Part shown: positions 1-9,482 of the stretch, one piece after another
How the letters are laid out: each line of letters begins with the position of its first letter
How positions within the stretch are numbered: the first letter of the stretch is position 1
From: Candidatus Levyibacteriota bacterium
GTDB taxonomy: Bacteria; Patescibacteriota; Microgenomatia; Levybacterales; UBA12049
DNA length: 64,000 nucleotides
Assembly (NCBI GenBank): GCA_027459725.1
Contig: DAIDHK010000006.1
Location: 1,895-65,894, forward strand
Direction: 5' to 3'
Notes under the pieces: model-generated
What the model was told of the DNA's origin: nothing
Seen by the model: the letters and a program-made list of their open reading frames with translations, nothing else
Databases searched by the model: none
Translations under genes and position numbers: made by a program

Positions 1-946
1 GTGCATCCATTTTATATTTTGCTAATAATTCCTCTGGTGTACCGGACTCTGCAAAAGTATCCTGCAAACCGACAAATTCCATGGGAAGTGGTCTGTGTTT
101 TGCTAAACATTCTGCAATTGCTCCTCCCAGGCCACCCATCACCTGATGATCTTCTACGGTTACAACTGCCTGTGTCTTTCTAGTTAAACTTAAAACTCCT
201 TCAACGTCAAGGGGTTTGATAGTTGAAACATTGGCGACAATCACCTGAATACCTTCATCGTCTAATTGTTTAGCTGCCAACAAAGCTTGATATAAAAGAT
301 ATCCTGTGGCAAAGATAGTAACTTGGGGATTATCTGAGATCCAGAAATTCTGTATTTTACCAACCTCAAAAGGGGTCTCATCTGTTGTTAGAACAATGGA
401 TTTATCCCGAGTAAAGCGAAGATAAACAGCAGTATCGATTTTAGTACTGGCAATAGTGGCTTTTTTACCTTCTATATTGTCGCAAGGGATATAAATCTGA
501 ATATCGGGCCAGCAGCGTGTAATAGCAATATCTTCAGTAGCCTGGTGGGTAGCACCGTCAGGTCCAGTCATAACTCCGCTGTGATGGCCGGCGATTTTTA
601 CATTAGCCTTGTTGTAAACTGCTGTTGTACGGATTGTCTCCCAGTTTTTACCTGGGGAGAAGGTAGCATATGAGGAAATGAAGGCAACTTTTCCTGCTTC
701 TGCTAACCCTGCAGCAATAGCAGCCATGTTTTGTTCAGCGACTCCAACTTCAAAAAATCTTTCAGGATGCTCTTTAGCGAATTTATCTGTGCGTGTTGAA
801 TCTGATAGATCAGCTGTCAGCACTACAACATCAGGGTTGGAATTGCCTAATTCTACAAGTCCTTCTCCAAATCCGTCACGAGTCGCTTTTTTCTGCGCAT
901 CGTCTGAAAACATCTTTTCATTTAGTTTCAAATTAGGATTTAACAT
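1..946 (-). CDS. Transketolase C-terminal subunit (partial, runs off left edge)
   Basis: Manual translation MLNPKLKLNEKMFSDDAQKKATRDGFGEGL...FEVGVAEQNM...GPDGATHQATEDIA...EDHQVMGGLG; absent from the ORF track because no stop lies in the window. Confidence 0.93.
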   Translation of the reverse strand, partial: MLNPNLKLNEKMFSDDAQKKATRDGFGEGLVELGNSNPDVVVLTADLSDSTRTDKFAKEHPERFFEVGVAEQNMAAIAAGLAEAGKVAFISSYATFSPGKNWETIRTTAVYNKANVKIAGHHSGVMTGPDGATHQATEDIAITRCWPDIQIYIPCDNIEGKKATIASTKIDTAVYLRFTRDKSIVLTTDETPFEVGKIQNFWISDNPQVTIFATGYLLYQALLAAKQLDDEGIQVIVANVSTIKPLDVEGVLSLTRKTQAVVTVEDHQVMGGLGGAIAECLAKHRPLPMEFVGLQDTFAESGTPEELLAKYKMDA

Positions 947-955
947 ATGTTTGTT

Positions 956-1834
956 CTATTGATCCGCTTCTATTTTACCCTGTAAAGTTCTTAACTCATC
1001 AAGTGCCTGTTTGGCCTGATCTGCATTAGGTGGTATGCCATGCCATTCAAATTTATTTTCCATGAAGTCCACACCTTTGCCAGGAATGGTGTGAGCGATG
1101 ATAACAGTTGGTTTCTGATGAACTGCTTTGGCTTCATTAACACTGTCAACTAACATTCTCATGTTATGACCATCGATTTCCAGAACATTCCAGTTGAAAG
1201 CAGCAAATTTATCTTTTAGTGGTTCAATCGGCATAACATCTTCAGTAAATCCGTCAATCTGGATATTATTACGATCTATGATTAAAGTTAAATTTGATAA
1301 TCTGTTTTTCCCTGCAAACATAGCTGCTTCCCACGGATTTCCTTCCTGAAGTTCTCCATCAGAACCAAGGCAATAGACATGAGCACTTTTATTATCCAGT
1401 TTTAGTGCTAAAGCCATACCAATAGCCTGAGAAAGTCCTTCACCTAAAGGACCCGAGGTGGTCTCAATTCCAGGTAATACTCCGCGATGAGGATGCCCCT
1501 GTAATCTTGTGTTAATTTTGCGAAGAGTTTTTAATTCTTCAAGAGGAAAATAACCTGACATTGCAAGGGCAGCATATTGTACAGGACAGATATGTCCATT
1601 GGATAACACAAGACGGTCTCGGTCTTTCCAGTCAGGATTGCGTGGATCATGATTAAGTACATGAAAATACATGGCAGTGAATATATCAGCCATACCAAGT
1701 GGTCCTGCTGAATGGCCGGACTTTGCTTCAAGGAGCATTTCTATAATATGCTCTCGCATTTCTACAGCTTTTTCTTCTAGATGCTTCAATTGTAAATCAG
1801 TTAATGAATCAACCATATCAGTTAGGAACTCCAA
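956..1834 (-). CDS. Transketolase N-terminal (ThDP-binding) subunit
   Basis: SGHSAGPLG, LSNGH, LQGHP, DGELQEG...N ThDP motif, HTIPGKG; true start may be 1816. Confidence 0.95.
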   Translation of the reverse strand: MEFLTDMVDSLTDLQLKHLEEKAVEMREHIIEMLLEAKSGHSAGPLGMADIFTAMYFHVLNHDPRNPDWKDRDRLVLSNGHICPVQYAALAMSGYFPLEELKTLRKINTRLQGHPHRGVLPGIETTSGPLGEGLSQAIGMALALKLDNKSAHVYCLGSDGELQEGNPWEAAMFAGKNRLSNLTLIIDRNNIQIDGFTEDVMPIEPLKDKFAAFNWNVLEIDGHNMRMLVDSVNEAKAVHQKPTVIIAHTIPGKGVDFMENKFEWHGIPPNADQAKQALDELRTLQGKIEADQ

Positions 1835-3134
1835 GGGATTTTTTCCCTATGTTTTTTTTATATACTATTATTAAATCAGAAACGTTGGATGAAAGTCTAT
1901 CGGTAATGATAGCGTCGCCAACTTTACTGAAAAATGGTGAACTATTATGCGCTTGTAAAAAAGATTGGGGATCAGCATTCTTTTCCTCTGCTTTGATCAA
2001 TGTTTGTTTATCACCAATTGCACCCGCGATAGGAGAATTGTCCCATCCATCAGAATCAATGGCGGCTATTGTAATTTTTTCTCCTAAATAGGGTAGAGCA
2101 GCTAAGACTAGTTCCTGATTTCTCCCGCCTTCACCACCTTTACCTTTGACTTTAACCGTGGTTTCTCCGCCTGCAAGAAGTATAGTATTCTCCGGTGTTA
2201 CATCGATAAGTTTTTTACCGGCTGAATCTGCATCAGACTGGAAGGAATTAGAATAAATTTGTACATTTACATTTCTTTCCGTGGCCAGATCTTTCATTTT
2301 GTTCATAGCGGTCATATTAGTATCCATTAACATGTTGTGAACGTTTGCAAAGTAATTATCATCTTTGGGAGTTTCAAAAAAGTCACGTTCTTTGAGTTTA
2401 ATAGACTCATTAATCTTGAATTTAATATACAGATCCCAAGCTTCACCCACAGTTGAATCATCTTTTACCAGAGGTCCTGAGGCAATAACTGATAGGTCAT
2501 CACCCGGAACATCAGAAAAAACCAGATTTATGACAGTAGCAGGATACAGATGTTCTGCCAATCCTCCACCTTTGACTTTGGATACATGTTTTCGCATGAC
2601 ATTCATATCGTGAATATTGGCTCCGGCGTGTAATAGAGCTTGGTTAAAGCTTGTTAATTTTTCTAGATTAAGACTATGTGGCTTTTCGAACATTACAGAG
2701 CCGCCACCGCATGTAACCATAATGATTAAATCAGTTTTATCCAGTTTACTTAACACATCCAGAACCTGTTGCGTGAAATCAAGATTAGCTTGGGAAGGAA
2801 GAGGATGAGTCCCAAGAGTAAACTTAATTTTGTTAAACTTATGTTCCTTGGCGTCAATGACGTAACCCTCTGTCAGTTTATCACCAAGTAATTTTTCTAT
2901 CAGAAAAGAAATCTCACCAGATCCCTTGCCGAATCCAAGAAGGAAAATTCTCTTAAAAGTCTGCAGATTAAATTCCTTCTTTTGTACATATAGATGATCA
3001 TTCTTAATAGTAAAGTGGTTGTTGATAACTTCCTCTGGCTGAATAGCTATTATAGCTGTGTCTATTAAATCTAAAATTAGTTTTCTCTCATCAGTACTGG
3101 CTAGCGTATCGTAGTTTTTGATATATTTTACCAT
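1818..3134 (-). CDS. Glycerate kinase type 2 (DUF4147/MOFRL family)
   Basis: GFGKG, HPLP, GGGS, RKHVSKVKGGGLA, SDVPGDD-IASGP, GGETTV, GGRNQE, SDGWD. Confidence 0.9.
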   Translation of the reverse strand: MVKYIKNYDTLASTDERKLILDLIDTAIIAIQPEEVINNHFTIKNDHLYVQKKEFNLQTFKRIFLLGFGKGSGEISFLIEKLLGDKLTEGYVIDAKEHKFNKIKFTLGTHPLPSQANLDFTQQVLDVLSKLDKTDLIIMVTCGGGSVMFEKPHSLNLEKLTSFNQALLHAGANIHDMNVMRKHVSKVKGGGLAEHLYPATVINLVFSDVPGDDLSVIASGPLVKDDSTVGEAWDLYIKFKINESIKLKERDFFETPKDDNYFANVHNMLMDTNMTAMNKMKDLATERNVNVQIYSNSFQSDADSAGKKLIDVTPENTILLAGGETTVKVKGKGGEGGRNQELVLAALPYLGEKITIAAIDSDGWDNSPIAGAIGDKQTLIKAEEKNADPQSFLQAHNSSPFFSKVGDAIITDRLSSNVSDLIIVYKKNIGKKSLGVPN

Positions 3135-3235
3135 CTATATATATATTAGTTACAGCAGAGGAATTTGTAAAGCATTGTTATAAGGATTACAGTTATGGTT
3201 AAGATTCTCTAATGTAGTGTATATTGAAGTGTACT

Positions 3236-3532
3236 ATGATCAGTTCTGATATTGTTAATACAAGATTGAAAAATCAGAAACTTATTACTCCCAGGTTTAA
3301 TACTTCGGCTCAGGTAGTTGATTGGTTCGGAGCGATTCAAGCTCAGGATTTTGTTGCGGCTAAATGGGTGCTTAGTCTGTGGCAAAAAAATAAAACATAT
3401 ACGGAGATTGAGGAAGAATTTAATAAAGGTTTGATTTTGCGTACACATTTTATGCGTCCAACATGGCATTCATTGGATGGTAAATATTTCAGGACAACAA
3501 GCTCAAAAATAAATTTAAGAAATTGGATTTAA
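3236..3532 (+). pseudogene. Truncated AlkZ/YcaQ-like (HTH_42) DNA glycosylase
   Basis: GAIQAQD and RTHFMRPTWH motifs, but ORF ends after ~100 aa where family members are ~350 aa. Confidence 0.75.
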
Positions 3533-3558
3533 AGATAAAGCTGGTAAGTAATGAATGT

Positions 3559-3591
3559 CTTCAGTATCCTTTCAGTTAGGATTGTTAAGAT
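3559..3591 (+). promoter_or_regulatory. 11-bp-spaced direct repeat (CTTCAGT/TTTCAGT) plus -10 TAAGAT
   Basis: Repeats at 3559 and 3570, -10 at 3586-3591, ATG 6 nt later; OmpR/PhoB-family box geometry. Confidence 0.45.
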
Positions 3592-3597
3592 AAGATT

Positions 3598-4029
3598 ATG
3601 AAAGAGCAACATAAGAGTCTTTTACTTACAGGCTTGCTGGTGGTAATAGTAGCATTTATTGCATTTGTAGCTGGTACTACTGTTGGTCGCTGGCATGCAG
3701 TAAGCGGCTTACGTTCACCTGCTTCTATAATGAATAGGCCCGGCTGGGCTTCGGGCAAGTTAAATTATAATCCAAGAGCAAGAATGTTGGATAAGGGTAA
3801 AGTAAATCTTAATGGCACGATTACCGCGATTAATGGTAATCAAGTAACTTTAAGAATGACTGATGGAACTAGTAGAACTGTCACTCTCTCTTCCTCTACG
3901 CAGTATACTCAGCTCACGTCCGTTACTCAGACTAGTTTGAAAAACGGTCAGAATGTGACAATTTCTAATCTTCCAGTACAGAATGGTTCTTCCAGTGCCC
4001 AGGTTGTGCGCATTAATCCAACTCAGTAA
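3598..4029 (+). CDS. Membrane-anchored protein, DUF5666-like domain
   Basis: N-terminal TM helix; GTITAINGNQVTL...LKNGQNVTI...AQVVRI pattern. Confidence 0.7.
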   Translation: MKEQHKSLLLTGLLVVIVAFIAFVAGTTVGRWHAVSGLRSPASIMNRPGWASGKLNYNPRARMLDKGKVNLNGTITAINGNQVTLRMTDGTSRTVTLSSSTQYTQLTSVTQTSLKNGQNVTISNLPVQNGSSSAQVVRINPTQ

Positions 4030-4076
4030 TACAATTATAGATTATTTAAAATTTATTCTTTATACTACTTAAGCAG

Positions 4077-4505
4077 GTGAATATGAAATTGTTCTCCGCA
4101 TGTAATATCTATATTTCCGAATCAAAAATTGAAAATGCAGGGATGGGAGTGTTTGCCAGTCATGATATTAAGATTGGTGAAATAATTGAGAAATGTCCGA
4201 TTATTTTGCTTGACGAACCTGATATTTTAGAGATTAGAAAAACCAAACTGCGCAATTATTATTTCATGTGGGGGAATGATAAGAGGTATCATAAAGGGGC
4301 TATTTGTCTGGGATTTGGATCGATATATAATCATTCTTATTCACCTAACGCTACATATCGTAAAGTGTTTATAGAGGGCAAGATTGAATTCATTGCGATC
4401 AAAAATATCAGCTCAGATGACGAAATAACGGTAAATTATAATCATGGAAAGCCAGATGATAAGACAAGATTGTGGATAAAAGAGATTCCCCCAGCTAAAG
4501 AGTAA
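4077..4505 (+). CDS. SET domain protein (lysine methyltransferase fold)
   Basis: GMGVFA, YNHSYSPN, EITVNY SET motifs. Confidence 0.9.
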   Translation: MNMKLFSACNIYISESKIENAGMGVFASHDIKIGEIIEKCPIILLDEPDILEIRKTKLRNYYFMWGNDKRYHKGAICLGFGSIYNHSYSPNATYRKVFIEGKIEFIAIKNISSDDEITVNYNHGKPDDKTRLWIKEIPPAKE

Positions 4506-4509
4506 TTAT

Positions 4510-4653
4510 ATGAATAAATTTGTAGTAACAGAATTATTATTAGATGGGGTATTTGAAGCGCCCGGTCATAATGGATCTGGTTTTAAATATGAAGGATGAA
4601 AAATGGTGTATGGTAATGAAGAATTCATGAAATTTATATTATCAGAAATTTAA
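4510..4653 (+). pseudogene. Remnant of dihydrofolate reductase/RibD-C family gene
   Basis: MNKFVVTELLLDGVFEAPG...GFKYEG*; in-frame TGA at 4597 and early TAA at 4651. Confidence 0.7.
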
Positions 4654-4697
4654 ACAACAAGATTTAATAGAGGAGTTGTAAAATTAATATATAAATT

Positions 4698-5267
4698 ATG
4701 AAAAAAATATTTCTATTCATGATGACAACTCTCGATGGATTTTTTGAAGGGCCTGAACATGATTTATCTTGGCATAATGTTGACAGTGAGTTTGTTCAGT
4801 TTGCTAATGAACAACTGGATGAGTCAGACATGGTTCTGTATGGGCGAAGAACATATCAACTGATGGAGAGCTACTGGCCAACAGAATCAGGACTAAAGAA
4901 TGATTATGAAACAGCCAGAAGAATGAACAGTTTGAAGAAAGTAGTTTTTTCGCGGACTTTAAAAGAAGTCAAACAGACAAATATTTGGAAAAATGTAACA
5001 CTCAAACATGAAATAGATCCTCAGTTTATTAATCAACTAAAAGCTCAGCAAAGAAAAAATATTATTGTTCTAGCAAGTTCAAATTTATGTTTGAGTTTAC
5101 TGAGATTTGGATTACTAGATGAATTGAGAATAATGATTAACCCTGTGGTTCTAGGAAGGGGTACTAGATTACTTGAAGGAATTGAGAGGAAATTAGAACT
5201 GGATTTAATTAAAATGCGACATTTTGGCAATGGGAATGTCTTAAATATCTACAAGATTAATAAATAA
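4698..5267 (+). CDS. Dihydrofolate reductase family protein (RibD C-terminal domain)
   Basis: TLDGFFEG, GRRTY, KVVFSRTL, LLDELRIMINPVVLGRG. Confidence 0.9.
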   Translation: MKKIFLFMMTTLDGFFEGPEHDLSWHNVDSEFVQFANEQLDESDMVLYGRRTYQLMESYWPTESGLKNDYETARRMNSLKKVVFSRTLKEVKQTNIWKNVTLKHEIDPQFINQLKAQQRKNIIVLASSNLCLSLLRFGLLDELRIMINPVVLGRGTRLLEGIERKLELDLIKMRHFGNGNVLNIYKINK

Positions 5268-5273
5268 ATATAG

Positions 5274-5537
5274 CTATTTTCCACTTGACTGTGCCAATTT
5301 GTGATGTGAAGCTACAAGCCCAACAGTAACATAACATAAATAGACAATGCCTGTGAAACAGATTTCCGCTAAGTGAGAAGAATATTTGAAGATCAGCATT
5401 GTCCCAGTTATGAATGTTATGCCTATTAATACGTAGTTAATATATATCTTATTTAAGCTTGGTTTGATGAACAAGAAAAAAGTAAATAAAACACTCAGAC
5501 AAGCAATAAAAATGTGAAATATTAATAATGCGTCCAT
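5274..5537 (-). CDS. Small membrane protein downstream of cyoE
   Basis: 87 aa, three hydrophobic segments, upstream TATAAT. Confidence 0.65.
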   Translation of the reverse strand: MDALLIFHIFIACLSVLFTFFLFIKPSLNKIYINYVLIGITFITGTMLIFKYSSHLAEICFTGIVYLCYVTVGLVASHHKLAQSSGK

Positions 5538-5599
5538 ATAATGGTCTGCCTATATTATATCTAACGGTGTTTAGAAGACAAGATGTTTAACTATATCAT

Positions 5600-6454
5600 T
5601 TAGGGTAGCCAGAACGATAAGCAAAGTAATAGACAAAAAACCATTAATGTAATTAATGAGAATTTGAAAACTGATTTACCCCAGAGAGTTTCATTAGTAG
5701 TATGTAGACCATTTATGCTTAACTTAAACCAGTATAACCCCAGTCCCAACATAATAATAATGTAGGTGTAACCTGTATAGTGGTAATAGAATAGTAAATA
5801 TATAGCCACCAAAAAAGCTATTATATAAATAATAATATCCCATTTTGCGACATTTACTCCCTTTTTTACTGGAAGTACCGGTATTTTAGCTTTTATATAG
5901 TCGTCTAAACGATAAATAGCTATTGCGTAAAAATGGGGCATCTGCCACATTGTCATGATGATAAAAAGTAATAAGGCTGCAGTATCAAAATTATTGGTAA
6001 CTGCACAGTAGCCTCCCACAATTGGCATAGAACCTGCTATACTTCCAACTAATGTACCATATGTAGATCTACGTTTGAAAAATCCATATATTATTACATA
6101 GAAAAACCAGCCTATAAAACCTAAAGCAAGTGTTAAGAGATTAGTGAAAATAAATAAAAGGACAAACCCTACTAATCCAAGAAATGTTCCATAAATCAGA
6201 GCATTTTTTGGAGAAATTAAACCTAAAGCCAGAGGTCGCTTAATAGTACGTTGCATCTTTTTATCAATTTCGCGATCAAGGTAATTATTAAACGTACATG
6301 CAGAAGCAATGACTAAGGAGATGCCAGTAATTGTCGTAATAAAAAGCAATAAATTAAAATTTCCTTTGGAGGCAAATAAAAAACCAGCTACTGCAGATAT
6401 GGCATTCCCATAAACCATTCCTGGTTTTGCAAGTAGATAATATTGTTTGATCAT
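5600..6454 (-). CDS. cyoE: Heme o synthase (protoheme IX farnesyltransferase)
   Basis: NNYLDREIDKKMQRTIKRP, WQMPHFYAIA; last gene of cyo operon. Confidence 0.95.
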   Translation of the reverse strand: MIKQYYLLAKPGMVYGNAISAVAGFLFASKGNFNLLLFITTITGISLVIASACTFNNYLDREIDKKMQRTIKRPLALGLISPKNALIYGTFLGLVGFVLLFIFTNLLTLALGFIGWFFYVIIYGFFKRRSTYGTLVGSIAGSMPIVGGYCAVTNNFDTAALLLFIIMTMWQMPHFYAIAIYRLDDYIKAKIPVLPVKKGVNVAKWDIIIYIIAFLVAIYLLFYYHYTGYTYIIIMLGLGLYWFKLSINGLHTTNETLWGKSVFKFSLITLMVFCLLLCLSFWLP

Positions 6455-6500
6455 ATATTTAACATTTGTTCTTTATGAAATATAATTACTACTGATTTTT

Positions 6501-6878
6501 TTAGAATCCTTCTCCGTATTGCATCAGGTTATTAAGTTGTAACAAACTCATACTATAATTAAGATGAGCCATAATCCATATTGAACCTCCCACAATAATT
6601 AAGATAATACCTACAAATGAAATCATTACAGCCAGTTTCCATCTTGGCTTAGTTTCACGCCCCAAGTGCAAAAAGAATATTAATTGAACTATCATCTGTA
6701 ATAGTGCAAAAAAAAGTATAACAGTCAACAGTACATATGTACTTCCTATATGATTTGTTACCAGAAAATAGGGGATTAGGGTAAGAAAGATCGATGAAGC
6801 AAAGCCAGTGATATAAGTTGATAATTTTGGTCCTCGATTCTCTTTTAAGTTGTCCGTTGTTTGTATAACGTTTGTCAT
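6501..6878 (-). CDS. cyoD: Cytochrome bo3 ubiquinol oxidase subunit IV
   Basis: YITGF..SIFLTLIPY, QMIVQLIFFLH, GSIWIM. Confidence 0.93.
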   Translation of the reverse strand: MTNVIQTTDNLKENRGPKLSTYITGFASSIFLTLIPYFLVTNHIGSTYVLLTVILFFALLQMIVQLIFFLHLGRETKPRWKLAVMISFVGIILIIVGGSIWIMAHLNYSMSLLQLNNLMQYGEGF

Positions 6879-6879
6879 A

Positions 6880-7476
6880 TTAAATTCCACTCATTAAATA
6901 AACTATGGTAAAAATGAAGATCCATACGATATCTAAAAAATGCCAAAAAAGGCTAAGTAACGTTAGTTTGCGTGATAAACTAGAGGTCAATCCTTCCTTC
7001 CAGATTTTGAATAAACAGATTATCATCCAGATCAGACCAGCAGTAATATGTAATCCATGTGTCCCTACCAGAGTGAAATAGGCGGACAGGAAACCACTGC
7101 GCTGCCAACTGTTGCCTTCACTGATAAGTTTACTAAACTCACTCAATTCTAAAATCAAAAAAGTTATACCTAAAATAAAAGTTAAACTAAACCACAAAAT
7201 AACCTGAATTTTGTTTTTCTGTTGCAAAGCCAGAATAGCTAGGCCACAAGTGAAACTGCTGGTTAATAAAATTAAAGTTTCAGATAGTGCAAAAGGTAGG
7301 TTAAACACATTACGATCCATTGGGCCACCGAATGTATTACCTCGCAGTACTGTATAGGTAGCAAAAAGTACTCCAAACATGACCAAGTCGGTCATAAGAT
7401 AAATCCAGAATCCTAGAGTGGTTTTATCATTATTTTCTGTTTCTTTTTTTAAATTTAATGTTGTCACACTGTTCAT
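6880..7476 (-). CDS. cyoC: Cytochrome bo3 ubiquinol oxidase subunit III
   Basis: GFWIYLMTD, ETLILLTSSFT, FLSAYFTLVGTHGLH, FWHFLDIVW. Confidence 0.96.
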   Translation of the reverse strand: MNSVTTLNLKKETENNDKTTLGFWIYLMTDLVMFGVLFATYTVLRGNTFGGPMDRNVFNLPFALSETLILLTSSFTCGLAILALQQKNKIQVILWFSLTFILGITFLILELSEFSKLISEGNSWQRSGFLSAYFTLVGTHGLHITAGLIWMIICLFKIWKEGLTSSLSRKLTLLSLFWHFLDIVWIFIFTIVYLMSGI

Positions 7477-7479
7477 AGT

Positions 7480-9474
7480 TTAAACCGTTAATCTGTACTG
7501 TTTGTCAAGTTTTTCAACCTCACTGGCTGGTAGAACATATTCGGTGTTTTCATCAAAAGTTCTTTTTATCATACAAATGATCGCGCCAGTTAGTCCGATT
7601 ATTGCAAACAGAGTAGCTTGCCAGACCATAGCCAAACCAAACAGGAAAAGAAAAGCGGCCAGATAAATACCCATCGCTGTATTTTTTGGTAATACAATAT
7701 CTTCATATATAATGGGTGATTTATTTTTCTGCTTTTTCATCTCCCAGTAAGCATCACGGCTGTGAACCTGAGGGATGACGGGGAAGTTATAAAAGGGAAT
7801 GGGTGAGGGTGTTGACCACTCCAGCGAACGTCCATTCCAGGGATCACCAGTTGTATCGCGCAGTTGCCTGCGGTTTTTAATACTTACGATTAACTGAACC
7901 ACCTGTAAAATCACAGCTACAACTATAATTAATGCACCAATTAGTGAGACCAAAAAAAGGTATTGCCACCCAGTTGAAGGAGAGTAATGGTCCATACGGC
8001 GCGTGGCTCCCATCATACCTAGAATATATAACGGAACGAAAGAAGCGAAAAAACCGACTAGCCAGGTCCAAAAGACATATTTACCTAGTTTCTCATCCAG
8101 TTTAAAACCGGTAATTTTAGGAAACCAATATGTAATTCCGGCAAAAATACCAAACAAAGCTCCACCCACAATCATTGTATGGAAATGGGCAACTAAAAAT
8201 AAACTATTGTGTATTTGAAAATCTACTGGGGGGAGTGCCATCAACATACCAGCCATTCCACCAAATGTAAATGTACTTATAAAGCCAAAGAACCAATAAA
8301 TTGGGGAATAATACCTTATACGTCCACGAAACATTGTAAGGAGCCAGTTTACGATTTGAACTCCTGTAGGAATACCTATATACATAGTCATGATGCCAAA
8401 AAAAGCATTTACATCAGCACCGGCGCCCATGGTAAAAAAATGATGCAGCCAGACAGTGAATGACAATAGGGTAATTAAGCCAGCCGCTGCTACTAGGGAT
8501 GGGTAGCCAAATACTTTTTTCTGAGCAAAAGTTGATACTACTTCAGAATAAATACCAAAAGCGGGAATGATCAGAACATACACTTCAGGATGTCCCCACA
8601 TCCAGATTAAATTCCAATACATCATCTGATTACCGGCATTGTTCAGTGTGAAAAAATGCATTCCCAGATAACGATCAACAGTTAAAAGAGCAATAGTCAT
8701 AGCAAGGATTGGGAAGATGGAAATAACTAACAACATGCTCATCAGAGAAGTCCAGGTAAACATTGGCATACGCATAAGACTCATGCCTGGAGCTCGCATC
8801 TTAAGAATAGTTACTACGAAATTTATACCTCCGATGAGTGTTCCTAAACCAGAAATTTGCAAGCTCCAGATCCAATAATTTACCCCAGTCCCAGGTTGAA
8901 ATTGAAGCTCGGATAAAGGAGCAACAGCTAGCCATCCAGTGGCTGCAAACTCTCCACCTAACACAAAAAACATGTTAATTAATATTGCTCCTGCAACGTA
9001 TAACCAGAAACCTAATGAATTTAGAAAAGGAAAGGCAAGATCGCGCGCGCCGATTTGTAGAGGGACGATTAAATTTATTAACCCAAACAGAAAGCCCATG
9101 GTAACAAAGAAAACCATGATATCGCCATGAGCAGTAAAGATTTGCTGGAAGTGATTAGCATCAAGATAGCCGTGTTTTGCTCCAAGAACTCCTGGGCCAA
9201 CAGTTAGAACCTGCTGTGAGAAAAGCATAAGAGCATCCAGTCCTCCTCTTACAAACATCAAAAATGCCATGATAAGATACATGACGCCGATTTTTTTAGG
9301 GTCAGTGGAGGTAAGCCAATTTTTCCATAACCATCTCCAGCGCTTTGTTATAGTTAAAAAAACAGCAGCCGCACCTAACATGGTAAAAATAGCTCCGGTG
9401 CCACCTATGGTAAACCACTGGTGCGGAAGATCTGCCCAAGTAAGTTGACCAATGATAAAAGATTTCCAATTCAT
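7480..9474 (-). CDS. cyoB: Cytochrome bo3 ubiquinol oxidase subunit I
   Basis: IFTAHG, WGHPEVY, WLHHFF, AHFH heme/CuB ligands; quinol-site R/D (RGGLD) and H/Q (HFQQ). Confidence 0.97.
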   Translation of the reverse strand: MNWKSFIIGQLTWADLPHQWFTIGGTGAIFTMLGAAAVFLTITKRWRWLWKNWLTSTDPKKIGVMYLIMAFLMFVRGGLDALMLFSQQVLTVGPGVLGAKHGYLDANHFQQIFTAHGDIMVFFVTMGFLFGLINLIVPLQIGARDLAFPFLNSLGFWLYVAGAILINMFFVLGGEFAATGWLAVAPLSELQFQPGTGVNYWIWSLQISGLGTLIGGINFVVTILKMRAPGMSLMRMPMFTWTSLMSMLLVISIFPILAMTIALLTVDRYLGMHFFTLNNAGNQMMYWNLIWMWGHPEVYVLIIPAFGIYSEVVSTFAQKKVFGYPSLVAAAGLITLLSFTVWLHHFFTMGAGADVNAFFGIMTMYIGIPTGVQIVNWLLTMFRGRIRYYSPIYWFFGFISTFTFGGMAGMLMALPPVDFQIHNSLFLVAHFHTMIVGGALFGIFAGITYWFPKITGFKLDEKLGKYVFWTWLVGFFASFVPLYILGMMGATRRMDHYSPSTGWQYLFLVSLIGALIIVVAVILQVVQLIVSIKNRRQLRDTTGDPWNGRSLEWSTPSPIPFYNFPVIPQVHSRDAYWEMKKQKNKSPIIYEDIVLPKNTAMGIYLAAFLFLFGLAMVWQATLFAIIGLTGAIICMIKRTFDENTEYVLPASEVEKLDKQYRLTV

Positions 9475-9482
9475 ATTTAGTT

